DNA of 63,044 bases, filler included, from assembly GCA_964501035.1 (NCBI GenBank). It is 22 parts of 22 records of this genome, joined end to end, with 100 filler letters (N's around TTAATTAATTAA, not from the genome) between each part and the next. Parts side by side here need not be neighbours in the genome. Positions count along the whole stretch, not along the records: positions 42,810 to 45,498 come from CAZCRK010000118.1; positions 45,599 to 48,239 come from CAZCRK010000119.1; positions 48,340 to 50,923 come from CAZCRK010000120.1; positions 51,024 to 53,391 come from CAZCRK010000123.1; positions 53,492 to 55,833 come from CAZCRK010000124.1; 17 more parts are not named here. The stretch is one strand, 5' to 3'. The notes beneath the pieces are model-generated. The model made no database searches, was not told where the DNA came from, and saw only the letters and a program-made list of their open reading frames with translations. Positions 43,334 to 55,058 of the stretch are shown here, one piece after another. Made by a program: the position numbers and the translations under genes. Every line of letters begins with the position of its first letter. Within the stretch, counting starts at the first letter, position 1.

Positions 43334-44006
43334 CTTTACCTTTATACTCTTTTATAATCTCTCTTGGATCAAGTACTCGATTCTGTTTCCAAATTTCAAA
43401 ATGTAAATGAGGCCCACCACTAACACCAGAAGCGCCCACACCTGCAATGGTTTGACCTTGGGAAACTTGGTCACGCATTGATACATAATTTGTATCATTA
43501 TGTCCAAAAACTGTAAAAAACTCATCACCATGATAAAGAATTAACATATTGCCAAAATCTGTTGTTTCACCCGAAAACACAACCAATCCATTGGCAGGAG
43601 CAACAATATCGTCACCAAATTGTGCAGCAATATCAACCCCGGGATGATATTCATCACCCTCTCTTATCAATCCTTTTGTAATATAACCCATTACGGGAGG
43701 TGTCTGTGGATACCCAGAAAATTGTTTCTTTTCTAGGAATCTCTCTACGGAATGACTAGAATCAATTCCACCTGCAATATCTAAATCTTCAATAAGTTCT
43801 AGCATTCTAGCATTGCGTGATTTAAGTTGCATGTTTTGAATCAATCCATCATCATCATTCATAGCAAACACACCAAAAATGGCGAGAAAAATGATTGCTA
43901 TTCCAAAAAACAGAGCCACTTTAATACCTAATGAAGATACATGAAGCATTTTTGTATGATCATTATTGTTTGTGGTAATTAGTATTGTGTAATTTTTATT
44001 TTTCAC
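43311..44006 (-). CDS. M23-family metallopeptidase
   Basis: HPGVD and GPHLHFE zinc motifs; N-terminal TM; coupled to bactofilin. Confidence 0.92.
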   Translation of the reverse strand: MKNKNYTILITTNNNDHTKMLHVSSLGIKVALFFGIAIIFLAIFGVFAMNDDDGLIQNMQLKSRNARMLELIEDLDIAGGIDSSHSVERFLEKKQFSGYPQTPPVMGYITKGLIREGDEYHPGVDIAAQFGDDIVAPANGLVVFSGETTDFGNMLILYHGDEFFTVFGHNDTNYVSMRDQVSQGQTIAGVGASGVSGGPHLHFEIWKQNRVLDPREIIKEYKGKDVSIRQK

Positions 44007-44101
44007 ACCAAGTACAGGCCCAAAAATTAGGCATACAATTTAAGTGATACCAAATATTTTTTCTATAATTTTTGCAATTTACTAAATTAGAAAGACAATA
44101 A

Positions 44102-44968
44102 TTAATCTAGTGAAGACAGTAGCTCAGTTAATCGTTCAAGTTCTTCTTTAGAATGGAAACTTATTTGGATACTTCCCTTACCATTTCTCGTTTTTTTGAC
44201 GACTACTTTTGTTTGCAAAGAATCTCGCAATTTTCCTTCAAGCTGGGTTAACATTTGATTCTTTTTTGGAACAATTGTTATTTTGCTTTTTGTGTTTGGG
44301 TCAGCATTCATTTTTTTAATAATATCTTCGACTTGTCGAACCGATAATTTTTGGTTTAATATTTTATGAAACAGTGTCAACATTTGTGTGGATTTTTTTA
44401 AGCCAACCAAAGATCGTGCATGACCTGCTGAAATTTCTCCATCTTTTAAACTGATTTTTATAACAGGAGGAAGTTTTAACAAACGCAATTTATTGGAAAT
44501 TTCGGGACGACTCTTTGATACCTTCTGAGCAATTTCGTCGTGTGACATTCCGTATTTTCCGCTCAAAATAGCAAAACCCTCAGCTTCTTCAATGGGGTTC
44601 AAATCGACCCGTTGCACATTTTCAATGAGTGCAAGCTCCATCATCTCCATGTCCGATTCAACACTAATTACATATACTGGCACCCATTCTAAACCTGCTT
44701 CTTTTGCAGCACGATACCTGCGTTCACCTGCAATGATTTCAAATTTATCACCATCCATTTCACGAACGGTTAACGGTTGCAATATACCTTTTTCACGGAC
44801 AGAATCAACAAGTTCCTGCATCCCTGTTTCATCAAAATCTTGCCGTGGTTGATTAGCGTTTGGAATTATCCTATCTAGGGAAACCGAACCTTCTAAATAT
44901 CTATCATTTTCTTCAGTATTAAATGAAGAAATAAGTGCTTCTAAACCTTTACCAAGTCGTTTACTCAT
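44102..44968 (-). CDS. parB: Chromosome partitioning protein ParB
   Basis: [33 protein letters not shown]. Confidence 0.96.
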   Translation of the reverse strand: MSKRLGKGLEALISSFNTEENDRYLEGSVSLDRIIPNANQPRQDFDETGMQELVDSVREKGILQPLTVREMDGDKFEIIAGERRYRAAKEAGLEWVPVYVISVESDMEMMELALIENVQRVDLNPIEEAEGFAILSGKYGMSHDEIAQKVSKSRPEISNKLRLLKLPPVIKISLKDGEISAGHARSLVGLKKSTQMLTLFHKILNQKLSVRQVEDIIKKMNADPNTKSKITIVPKKNQMLTQLEGKLRDSLQTKVVVKKTRNGKGSIQISFHSKEELERLTELLSSLD

Positions 44969-45498
44969 TATTTACCAATATTTCTGAAACTAAATTCATA
45001 TAATTCTGCGCTCCTTGACATGATGCATCATAGAGCAAAATAGGTTTCCCATGACTAGGTGCTTCTCCAAGCCGTACATTCCGCTTGATATAGGTATTGT
45101 ATAGCTTGTCCCCAAAATATTCTTTTACTTCATCTACGACTTGCCGTGATAAATTGAGTCGATGATCGTACATTGTAATCAATACGCCTTCAATTTCTAA
45201 CTGTTTGTTTAAACGTTGTTGAATAAGCCGGATTGTATTAAGTAATTGAGATAATCCCTCAAGCGCATAGTACTCACATTGAATAGGAATAATCACCGAT
45301 TGGGCTGCAGTGAACACATTTACAGTCAATAACCCAAGAGAGGGGGGGCTATCAATGATGACATATTTATAATCTCCTTTTACCTTTTCGATGGCTTCAC
45401 GAAGCATCATCTCACGAGAATACATGCCAACCAATTCAATTTCGGCACCCACTAATTGTGGGCCAGATGGTAGTACATCCAAATATTCTAAATCCGTT
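44961..45498 (-). CDS. parA: Chromosome partitioning ATPase ParA/Soj (5' partial)
   Basis: [36 protein letters not shown]. Confidence 0.96.
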
Positions 45499-45598
45499 NN
45501 NNNNNNNNNNNNNNNNNNNNNNNNNNNNNNNNNNNNNNNNNNTTAATTAATTAANNNNNNNNNNNNNNNNNNNNNNNNNNNNNNNNNNNNNNNNNNNN

Positions 45599-46373
<775 letters not shown>

Positions 46374-47231
46374 TTACCCTGCAAGTGCGTTAGCACCGCT
46401 TACGATTTCTATTATTTCAGTTGTTATTGCTGATTGGCGAGCTTTATTATATTCAAGCCCTAAATCTTTAATCATGTCTCCAGCATTTTCAGTCGCATTT
46501 TCCATTGCTACCATTCTTGCTGCGTGTTCAGAAGCATTCGATTCCAATAAGTACTGCCACATTTGTATATTTAAATGTCGTGGAATAATGTTTTGAATGA
46601 TTGCTTCTTTGCTTGGTTCATATAATCTATCAACTGATTTCTTTTCTTCAGTTGGTTTAGATACTAAAGGTAGAAACACAACATCTTTCAATGTTTGGCT
46701 ACCCATACTTTTAAACTCATTATAAACCACTCGTACTTCGTCAACATTACCGGATGTGAATTTTTCAATAATTTCAGCACCCATACTCATTGCATCTTGA
46801 AAATTAAGCGTGTTCCAAAAATCAATATGTGTAGAAATAATTTTATAACTGCGTGCTTTAAAATAGTCTCTACTTTTTTTACCAATGCAAATTATGTCAA
46901 CATTATCTTTTCCGAACGCATCAATTTCTTGATGTGCTTTTCGTAAAATATTTGAGTTGAATGCGCCTGCCATACCTCTATCAGAAGTTATAACAACAAA
47001 CAATTTTCGTTGTACTTCTCTAACTTGAAGTTCAGGAAGCATATTCCTATCTACATCTGGCAAAAGACTAGAAAGCATATCATCCAAACGATTTGAATAT
47101 GGCCGAGCTTGTTCCATGTTCATTTGAGCTCGACGCAACTTCGCAGCTGCTACCATTTTCATGGCTTTGGTAACCTGTTGAATACTTTTAATCGATTTTA
47201 TTCTATCGCGTATATCTTTAAGATTCGCCAT
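46374..47231 (-). CDS. atpG: F1Fo ATP synthase gamma subunit
   Basis: TKAMKMVAAAK, SDRG, SEHAARMVAM, RQSAITTEIIEIVSG. Confidence 0.98.
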   Translation of the reverse strand: MANLKDIRDRIKSIKSIQQVTKAMKMVAAAKLRRAQMNMEQARPYSNRLDDMLSSLLPDVDRNMLPELQVREVQRKLFVVITSDRGMAGAFNSNILRKAHQEIDAFGKDNVDIICIGKKSRDYFKARSYKIISTHIDFWNTLNFQDAMSMGAEIIEKFTSGNVDEVRVVYNEFKSMGSQTLKDVVFLPLVSKPTEEKKSVDRLYEPSKEAIIQNIIPRHLNIQMWQYLLESNASEHAARMVAMENATENAGDMIKDLGLEYNKARQSAITTEIIEIVSGANALAG

Positions 47232-47237
47232 GTAGGT

Positions 47238-48239
47238 CTAAAAACCTTTCACAAAGTTTTCAACAATATCTTTTACTTTAGCATCTAGTTCATCTGAAAG
47301 TTGACCGCTACTCTTCAATTCATCTAAAACATCCGTATGAGATGCATCGAGAGTATCAAACAATCTTTCTTCAAATTCAACCATTCTATCCAATGGTAGT
47401 GCATCTAGATAACCCTTAGTAGCAGCATACAATAGTACAATTTGTTTTTCGGTATCAATTGGAGAATATTGTTTTTGTTTCAATATTTCCATGAGTCGTG
47501 AACCACGCGTTAACTGATCTTGTGTTGCTTTATCTAAATCAGAACCAAACTTTGCGAATGCTTCTAATTCACGATATTGGGCTAGGTCTAGTTTCAATGT
47601 ACCAGCAACTTTTTTCATTGCCTTAACTTGAGCATTACCACCCACACGCGATACAGAAATTCCAACATCCACAGCTGGTCTTTGCCCTGTATTAAACAAG
47701 TTTGTTTCTAGGAATATTTGTCCATCCGTAATGGAAATCACATTTGTTGGAATGTATGCTGAAACATCACCTTCTTGTGTTTCAATGATCGGAAGTGCAG
47801 TTAACGAACCACCACCTAAGTCATCATTCAGTTTTGCAGCACGTTCTAGAAGACGACTATGTAGATAGAATACATCACCTGGATATGCTTCACGACCTGG
47901 AGGTCTTCGAAGTAGTAATGACATTTGTCTATACGCGGTTGCATGTTTAGATAAATCATCATAAATAACAAGTGCATGCATACCATTATCGCGATAATAT
48001 TCACCCAATGTTACACCTGCATATGGTGCTAAAAACAATAACGGTGCAGGTTCCATAGCTGATGCTGTAACAACTGTTGTATATTCCATAGCACCCGCAG
48101 CTTCAAGTTCTGCTACCACACGAACAACTGTAGATTCTTTTTGACCAACCGCAACATAAATACAATGCACAGGAGTTTCTGTATCATGAGTATATTTTTG
48201 ATTGATAATAGTATCAATTGCAATAGCCGTTTTACCAGT
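47238..48239 (-). CDS. atpA: F1Fo ATP synthase alpha subunit (5' partial)
   Basis: [39 protein letters not shown]. Confidence 0.98.
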   Translation of the reverse strand, partial: TGKTAIAIDTIINQKYTHDTETPVHCIYVAVGQKESTVVRVVAELEAAGAMEYTTVVTASAMEPAPLLFLAPYAGVTLGEYYRDNGMHALVIYDDLSKHATAYRQMSLLLRRPPGREAYPGDVFYLHSRLLERAAKLNDDLGGGSLTALPIIETQEGDVSAYIPTNVISITDGQIFLETNLFNTGQRPAVDVGISVSRVGGNAQVKAMKKVAGTLKLDLAQYRELEAFAKFGSDLDKATQDQLTRGSRLMEILKQKQYSPIDTEKQIVLLYAATKGYLDALPLDRMVEFEERLFDTLDASHTDVLDELKSSGQLSDELDAKVKDIVENFVKGF

Positions 48240-48356
48240 NNNNNNNNNNNNNNNNNNNNNNNNNNNNNNNNNNNNNNNNNNNNTTAATTAATTAANNNNN
48301 NNNNNNNNNNNNNNNNNNNNNNNNNNNNNNNNNNNNNNNAGTGAACAAAAAAAATA

Positions 48357-48827
48357 ATGCAATTTAAATTAAAAGATTTATTACTTTCAGAAGCTACTCT
48401 TCCAGAAAAAATTGTTATAGTACTAACTGTTGTTGTACTTGTTTTTGTTTTCACACCTAGAGAAAAACAAGTGGTTGACGATACACCTATTATTGGTCAA
48501 GAATTTGAAGAGTATCCATTATTAGCATGGAAGTCTACACATAAAAAATGGAATGGTATACATGGTGATATTGTAAAGATTAGATATAGAGTTACACATG
48601 ATAAGACATTTATACAAGTTATTGATATAAATACAGGTAAGGTAGTTCATAAACAACCTTATGAAAGAGGTCCGTGGGAAGATGGTCGATCAAGAGACTT
48701 TACATATGTTTGGATGTTATACGCTACAGAAGATTATAGTGATGATATTCCATATGGAGATTATCAAATACAAGTATGCCATAAGTATTCAGGTAATGTT
48801 GATATGACATTAGATATAACTATATAA
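48357..48827 (+). CDS. Membrane-anchored small Ig/FlgD-like protein, homologue of 39275-39724
   Basis: TM, then YPLLAW..GDIVKIRY..TGKVVHKQPY..DGRSR..YVWMLY..PYGDY. Confidence 0.7.
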   Translation: MQFKLKDLLLSEATLPEKIVIVLTVVVLVFVFTPREKQVVDDTPIIGQEFEEYPLLAWKSTHKKWNGIHGDIVKIRYRVTHDKTFIQVIDINTGKVVHKQPYERGPWEDGRSRDFTYVWMLYATEDYSDDIPYGDYQIQVCHKYSGNVDMTLDITI

Positions 48828-48836
48828 GGAGTTAAA

Positions 48837-48938
48837 ATGAAGAAACAAAAGAAAAGTCGTAAAATAAAAAGAACACCAGAAAAACTACATGAATTATACA
48901 TGATGCAGAAACGGTGTATGGAAAGGAGTAAAAAATGA
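48837..48938 (+). CDS. Small basic hypothetical protein (33 aa)
   Basis: AAGGAG RBS; ATGA overlap with the next ORF. Confidence 0.45.
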   Translation: MKKQKKSRKIKRTPEKLHELYMMQKRCMERSKK

Positions 48939-49120
48939 CAAAACAAGAATGGTTAAATGAAAAGGTGTTTAGAGATTTATATGGTAGACTATATAATTTA
49001 TCGGATGTTCCAATGACAATGATGACACGAAAAGAATCATTTAAAAAACAAGGTGGAACTAAAAAAGAAATAAATGAGTATTGGAAAAAAAATAAACATT
49101 TATATCAAGTGGAAAAATGA
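48935..49120 (+). CDS. Small phage-like hypothetical protein
   Basis: AAGGAG RBS; ATGA overlaps at both ends. Confidence 0.65.
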   Translation: MTKQEWLNEKVFRDLYGRLYNLSDVPMTMMTRKESFKKQGGTKKEINEYWKKNKHLYQVEK

Positions 49121-50328
49121 AAACTTATCTTACATACGATGATGTAAATATTGTTCCGAAATATTCGGAATTAGAATCTCGTGATAACGTAAAACTTAAT
49201 ACACGATTTACAAAGAATACAGAATTAACTATTCCAATAGTTGCTTCACCAATGGACACCGTGACTGAATTTGATATGGCACATGAAATGTTAGATTGGG
49301 GTGGAGTTGGTGTCATACATAGATTTCAAAGTATTGAAAACCAAGCTCGGATGATGAAGTCATTACATTATGAATGGGATAAATATTTTGATATTGGTAA
49401 AACCTATGGCGATGATGATAGTGAAAGAACAATTGAAAAAGAATATGATGAGTGGTGGGATAGTTTTGACGCAAGACATTGGAATCATCCACCTACTAAA
49501 TCAGATTGGGAAGATTTAAAAGATAGATTTTATTGGGCGGATTCTTTGATTTGTGATGAAAAGATTTGGAAGAAAAGACCATTATGTGCAGCAGTAGGAG
49601 TTACTGATGATTACAAAGAACGTGCACGAGAATTGGTTGAAAATGGATGTAATGTATTACTTATAGATGTAGCACATGGCCATCATATATTAGTAAAAAA
49701 AGCTATAGAGGAATTTAAAAATGAATTTGGAACAAATGTTGAAATCATCGGGGGTTCAATTGCAACCAAAAAGGCGACACATGATTTATGTGAATGGGGT
49801 GTTGATGGACTCCGAGTTGGTATCGGAAATGGATCTTTATGCGAAACAAGAATCAGAACGGGGGTTGGACTTCCTCAGATTACTGCTCTTCTTGATGTGT
49901 GTTCCATTGCTGACGGGTATAATGTTCCTGTCATTGCTGATGGTGGGATTCGTAATGTTGGGGATGTGTGTAAAGGACTTGGTTGTGGGGCTGATACCGT
50001 CATGGTTGGGTCGTTATTATCAGGGACGAAAGAAAGTCCAGGTACAATAGAAAAAGTAGGTGAATGGCCAAATGAAAAATTATTTAAAAAGTATAGGGGG
50101 TCTGCTTCAAGGGACTCTAAAGGTAATGATAAAAATGTTGAAGGAAATCATAAAATTATACCGTACAAAGGTAAGATTAAAAGAATCCTACACGACATCA
50201 GAGATGGAGTTCATAGTTCTTTCAGCTATGTTGGTGCTAACAATATGTCTGAATATCATTCTAAGGTAGAATTTGTAGAGGTTACAAAGGCTGGCCAGAT
50301 TGAAGCTAAACCACATTTATTAAATTAA
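49117..50328 (+). CDS. IMP dehydrogenase/GMP reductase family protein without CBS domains
   Basis: LTYDDV, ASPMDTV, IDVAHGH, GIGNGSLCETR, IADGGIR, MVGSLLSGTKESPG, YRGSAS. Confidence 0.9.
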   Translation: MKTYLTYDDVNIVPKYSELESRDNVKLNTRFTKNTELTIPIVASPMDTVTEFDMAHEMLDWGGVGVIHRFQSIENQARMMKSLHYEWDKYFDIGKTYGDDDSERTIEKEYDEWWDSFDARHWNHPPTKSDWEDLKDRFYWADSLICDEKIWKKRPLCAAVGVTDDYKERARELVENGCNVLLIDVAHGHHILVKKAIEEFKNEFGTNVEIIGGSIATKKATHDLCEWGVDGLRVGIGNGSLCETRIRTGVGLPQITALLDVCSIADGYNVPVIADGGIRNVGDVCKGLGCGADTVMVGSLLSGTKESPGTIEKVGEWPNEKLFKKYRGSASRDSKGNDKNVEGNHKIIPYKGKIKRILHDIRDGVHSSFSYVGANNMSEYHSKVEFVEVTKAGQIEAKPHLLN

Positions 50329-50339
50329 GAGGAATTGAA

Positions 50340-50480
50340 ATGTCTTTTTTAGAAGAAATATTACATAAACTAGATGAAGCTATAGAATCTAAAGATTGGG
50401 ATTTAGTACAAGATGTTATAGATGAAATTAGAGAACATCTAGATAATCCATTTGATGAATATAATACAGAGGATTGGTAA
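50340..50480 (+). CDS. Small acidic hypothetical protein (46 aa)
   Basis: GAGGA RBS; MSFLEEILHKLDEAIESKDW...TEDW*; ends 7 nt before the tmRNA. Confidence 0.6.
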   Translation: MSFLEEILHKLDEAIESKDWDLVQDVIDEIREHLDNPFDEYNTEDW

Positions 50481-50487
50481 AAGATAT

Positions 50488-50907
50488 GGGGCTGATATTG
50501 GAAATCGACAGGTGTTATTTGACAATAGAGTGCAGCAGAGATTGAGTAGGTCTCGTTACAAAATACTCACTAACTCAATTGGCGATAATTCGCTAGACGG
50601 GTTGGTAATTGATTGGCACCTAGCCAATACAGAACGGATGTTTGACAATTTCGTTGAACCCGTTGTGGATTACCAACCAACATACGCTTACGCGTAAGTT
50701 ACTGAGTTGTCTAACACTCGGTCATAAAATAAGTTAGACAATCTTCTTCTACAAGTGTGAAGTAAAACGGACTTGTCAGTTAAGCCTTTCTGAGTAAAGA
50801 GGTTATGGTGGGTTTGTTGGTGGACTACCGATTTGGAAACCAAACTAAGCTGTAACGACTCATTGGAAAAAACAGACTGGACCGGGGTTCGATTCCCCGC
50901 AGCTCCA
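50488..50907 (+). ncRNA. ssrA: tmRNA (transfer-messenger RNA)
   Basis: 5' GGGGCTGATATTGGAAATCGAC; 3' T-arm CGGGG-TTCGATT-CCCCG; acceptor GGGGCTG/CAGCTCC with G3-U and discriminator A; PK1; tag frame 50581-50697. Confidence 0.95.
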
Positions 50908-51024
50908 CAAAAAAATGTATTTTNNNNNNNNNNNNNNNNNNNNNNNNNNNNNNNNNNNNNNNNNNNNTTAATTAATTAANNNNNNNNNNNNNNNNNNNNN
51001 NNNNNNNNNNNNNNNNNNNNNNNT

Positions 51025-53205
51025 GGTCATGCTTTAGTGTTCGCTACAGATAATGACGCAACTTTTGCAGGGGATGTAACTTTTCAAGGTGGGGTAGATG
51101 CTATTAAAGTAGTTGGTGCTGGAAGTCAAAACATTAAAATTGGTAGCACAAGTAGTGGTTCTGCTAGGATATATCTTGATGGAAAAAATGGAGATTTTAG
51201 TGGTAGTGATTATATATACATAGGACAAAATGATGATGGAGCAGTTCATTTTTATGCTGATACAAACGCTGGTACTACAGTATTTACTTCTAAAGGTGCA
51301 ACCAATCTTACAATGGATGGTGCAAATTCAACTTTTGCAGGAAATATATCCGCTCCTATATTCTATGATTCAAATAATACAAGTTACTACGTGGACCCCG
51401 CTAGTACATCGCACATAAATACTCTGTCCGTTGCAGGGAATTCTACTCTTAATGGGCATTTAACAGTCAATGGAGACTACGCAAAGATTAATGGGAAATA
51501 CTATAGCGATTATGAATCCTCTGGTCATTTCTATTTAGGCAACCACGATTGGGCACAGCTGATAGATAATCAGTCTAATGTCAGTTACTCGGCGACTCAT
51601 AAAGGGATGTCATTTAATAATCAATCTGGTGTTATTCCTTGTAGGATTCCTATTGACCCTGAAGCAACCTACCGCGTAAAAATAAGGTTCAAACAAGTTA
51701 CAGTTAGTTCCGGTTCAGGTAAATTTTACCTTGGAGTCAAGACTTTAAACGAAGATAAGACGCATCTGTCTAGCGACCAAGCAACCTCTTATAACTATGG
51801 TGTGGTCGCAGGGCAAAGCCATAGTGCAGGTTCAACGTATACTTACGAAGATACTTTTAGTGGTTATAACGCTACCAATCAGGGAGACCACAATAAGTTT
51901 GACCCTGAAGGTAAATACTTTGACCTCATATATATTTGCAACTACCAAGGAAGTGGTGAAGTTGTTATTCAGAGCATCGAAGTTGAGAGGCTACCTGATT
52001 CTGTATGGGTAGGAGACTACAAGGCTATTGATAGCAGTAGGAATGCTAATTTTAATGGGTTAAGAATACAAGCAGGTACTTCTAACTATAACAGTCACAC
52101 TGATGTTGATGAATATCTTGTTCAAATACAGGACAGCTATAATGCCGCGGGTTCTCACAATCTCAACGTAGTTAACTGGAACGGCAATTGGGTGGACGGA
52201 ACTTCAGGGGCTGACTGTGCGCATGGCTTGCATTGGGGGTATGAAAATAGCACTAGAGCGGGGATTCACTACGATCATAGGAGTAGTGAAAAGTTTGATT
52301 TCTATAGCTCATATGGAGCGATAAGATTTAGACTTCCTGCGTCAGCAAATGGAAATTTAAGCCCAATTTCTGGTAACTATAATGATTACTTAACAATTAG
52401 TCCGGGGGGCGCGGTAGAGGCAAGCTCCCACGTCTTAGCGCCTATATTTTACGATTCAGATAATACTACTTATTATACAAACCCTGCATCTACATCTTCA
52501 TCTGGTGTGCTTAGAAGTTATTTGCAATTTAATGATTATGGAGCTGGGGTAGTTGGCTCTTATAGTTCGTATAAATACCAATTAGTATTCGCGATGGGCA
52601 ACTCATATAAAGGCGCATTAGATGGTAGTAATGTATCGGGTGGGTATGGTTTATGGTATTCACATCCGAATGCACAAGGTGTTGCTGCTAATTTAAGTAA
52701 CCATGGACTTATGAATATTGTTAATGGTCAATGGCATGCTTCACTTGCAAACTCTACAAGAGCAGCTGTAGATATGCGAGCGCCTAGATTTTACGATTTA
52801 AATGATACAAATTACTACGTGGACCCTGCTAATACAGGGACTTCGTTAAGAGCAGCAGGGACTGGTCATTTCAATGGGGATGTTGTAGCGTACTACTCTG
52901 ACATGAGGCTCAAAAACAAGCTAGGGGACATAGATGATCCTATCGGTAAGATACAATCATTAAATGGTTTCTATTATGAGCCCAATGAAGTAGCTGAATC
53001 CTATGGATACAAGAAGGAAAAGAGAGTGGGGTTATCTGCTCAAGAAGTGGAGAGTGTGCTCCCTGAAATTGTAACAGATGCTCCGATTGGAGATGGGTAT
53101 AAGACAGTGGATTACGCTAAACTTGTGCCTGTACTGGTAGAGGCTATAAAAGAACAACAAAAGCAAATAGACGAATTAAAATCAATTATTAACAGTAAAT
53201 TATAA
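51025..53205 (+). CDS. Phage tail fibre with C-terminal peptidase S74 intramolecular chaperone (5' partial)
   Basis: YYSDMRLK..GLSAQEVESVLPEIV..VDYAKLVPVLVEAIKE coiled coil; APxFYD..YYVDPA repeats. Confidence 0.9.
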   Translation, partial: GHALVFATDNDATFAGDVTFQGGVDAIKVVGAGSQNIKIGSTSSGSARIYLDGKNGDFSGSDYIYIGQNDDGAVHFYADTNAGTTVFTSKGATNLTMDGANSTFAGNISAPIFYDSNNTSYYVDPASTSHINTLSVAGNSTLNGHLTVNGDYAKINGKYYSDYESSGHFYLGNHDWAQLIDNQSNVSYSATHKGMSFNNQSGVIPCRIPIDPEATYRVKIRFKQVTVSSGSGKFYLGVKTLNEDKTHLSSDQATSYNYGVVAGQSHSAGSTYTYEDTFSGYNATNQGDHNKFDPEGKYFDLIYICNYQGSGEVVIQSIEVERLPDSVWVGDYKAIDSSRNANFNGLRIQAGTSNYNSHTDVDEYLVQIQDSYNAAGSHNLNVVNWNGNWVDGTSGADCAHGLHWGYENSTRAGIHYDHRSSEKFDFYSSYGAIRFRLPASANGNLSPISGNYNDYLTISPGGAVEASSHVLAPIFYDSDNTTYYTNPASTSSSGVLRSYLQFNDYGAGVVGSYSSYKYQLVFAMGNSYKGALDGSNVSGGYGLWYSHPNAQGVAANLSNHGLMNIVNGQWHASLANSTRAAVDMRAPRFYDLNDTNYYVDPANTGTSLRAAGTGHFNGDVVAYYSDMRLKNKLGDIDDPIGKIQSLNGFYYEPNEVAESYGYKKEKRVGLSAQEVESVLPEIVTDAPIGDGYKTVDYAKLVPVLVEAIKEQQKQIDELKSIINSKL

Positions 53206-53208
53206 ATT

Positions 53209-53391
53209 ATGGATATTACTTACGAATGGAAGATTACGGCTTTAAAAAGAGCACCATCGCTGGACGGATTGTCAGATGTAATCACACACATTAGATTTGA
53301 CTACAAAGGCACAGATGCGAACTCTGGGGAAAGTGCTACTTTTAATGGGGCATGCCCCGTTGGGGCACCTAAAACGGAAAGCTTCAAGCCT
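53209..53391 (+). CDS. Small phage protein typically found beside tail fibres (3' partial)
   Basis: MDITYEWKITALKRAPSLDGLSDVI directly after the tail fibre. Confidence 0.65.
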
Positions 53392-53491
53392 NNNNNNNNN
53401 NNNNNNNNNNNNNNNNNNNNNNNNNNNNNNNNNNNTTAATTAATTAANNNNNNNNNNNNNNNNNNNNNNNNNNNNNNNNNNNNNNNNNNNN

Positions 53492-54967
53492 TGATTGTGA
53501 TTTCTGTTGAAATATGTAGGAAGTAAATGCTAATACAAACATTAAAAGTACTATTTTCTTAAATAATGTTAATGCGTTAACCTTTATAAGTATTAAATCT
53601 ACTGACCAAACCATTGTAATATTTATGATCACTGAAACTGCAATAAACCATGTCCATGCTAATCCGTAAAATTGAGCAACAAAAACAATTCCCAAACTTG
53701 AAATTAAACCAACAACTAAGCTGATGGGGGTAAATTTCCGTTTCATTTTGCTTAATAAAAATAATCCGAGAAGACCACCATACGTAAACGAGGCAATTTT
53801 AAGACCAACTATGACAATTGCAGAGTCATTTTCATCAAAAACAAGAGCAATTCCAACTAAAATGATTGCCCAAAACAATGAAATAAATCGTGAATTGGTT
53901 AATGTTACATTTTCTTTAAACCAATCTGTAACTGTGGAAGATGCCAATGAGTTGATAGAAGAACTAAGAGTGGACATCGCTGCGGACAGTACTCCAGCTA
54001 AGAGCAATCCTTTAAAGCCAATAGGGAGTGAACCTACAATGAATGTAGAAAACTCTCTATCTTTAACCAATGTTGCTCCATCAAAATAAACAAACAATAA
54101 TGAACCCACAAGTAAGAATATGGTGAATTGGATAAATACAAAAATTCCGCTTCCTATCATTGCTTTTTTTGCAGATGCAATATTGGAACAGCCCAACACG
54201 CGTTGCACCATCATATAATCAACACCATGCGATGCAAATGAGAGTAACATACCCCCTAATACGGCAGAACCAAATGCCCATGGCTCCGTAAATAGATTCC
54301 AACTTGGATTTACTACATTTAATTTCCCATATTCAACAAGTTGTGATGATACCTCTAATAACCCAATATCGAGATGATTTAAGATGAAAAATATGGAAAC
54401 TAAACCACCACCTAAGTACAGAAGAAATTGAATACTATCTAACCAAACGATGGTTTTAATACCACCATACAATGTGTAAATAATTGTAACCAACCCAATT
54501 ACAAGCACAGAAATTGGAAGCGACCATCCTGTAACAACTTGCACAATGACAGCAGTTGCCAAAAAACGGACACCATCTGCTAGTATTCTGGTGACTAAAA
54601 ATATGGTGGAGGCAATACGTTGCATCGTTTTGCCATATTTATTGCCAATAATTTCATAAATTGAGGTTACACCATTTGCAAAGTACATGGGTAGTAAGAA
54701 TATGCTCACCAAAACACGACCAATCATGTACCCCATTGCAAGTTGCAAAAACATCCAATCGCCTCGGTAAGCCACACCGGGAATACTCACAAAGGTAAGT
54801 ACCGATGTTTCGGTAGCCACAATGGAAAACATGGCAACAACCCACGGTAAATTTCGCCCTCCTAAGAAATAGTCTGAATTATTGGTATTGGATTTCCCCT
54901 GCCAAATACCATACCCTGCCATTCCAATAAGGAAGCAAATAATGATACTAATGTCTATTATGTGCAT
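53492..54967 (-). CDS. Sodium:solute symporter (SSS) family transporter (3' open at the contig edge)
   Basis: YFLGGRNLPW, SIVATETS, GGIKTIVWLD, VQR, AAMSTLSSSINSL. Confidence 0.93.
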
Positions 54968-55058
54968 GATTGTATTTGAATTTTATATGTTAACATAAAT
55001 TTTATCTTTCTAAATTCATTTTTAGTTCAAAATATTGAATATGTTTATTTCCTTATTC

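Noticed and set aside
50452..50697. 81-aa ORF in the supplied track
   Set aside because: It overlaps the tmRNA 5' domain; only 50581-50697 is meaningful, as the tag reading frame
48340..53391. tmRNA next to a tail fibre read as a prophage integrated at ssrA
   Set aside because: The two are separated by an artificial spacer; no integrase or att duplication is visible
53492..53600. Extra C-terminal TM on the SSS transporter suggesting a domain fusion
   Set aside because: The contig ends before any fused domain can be seen
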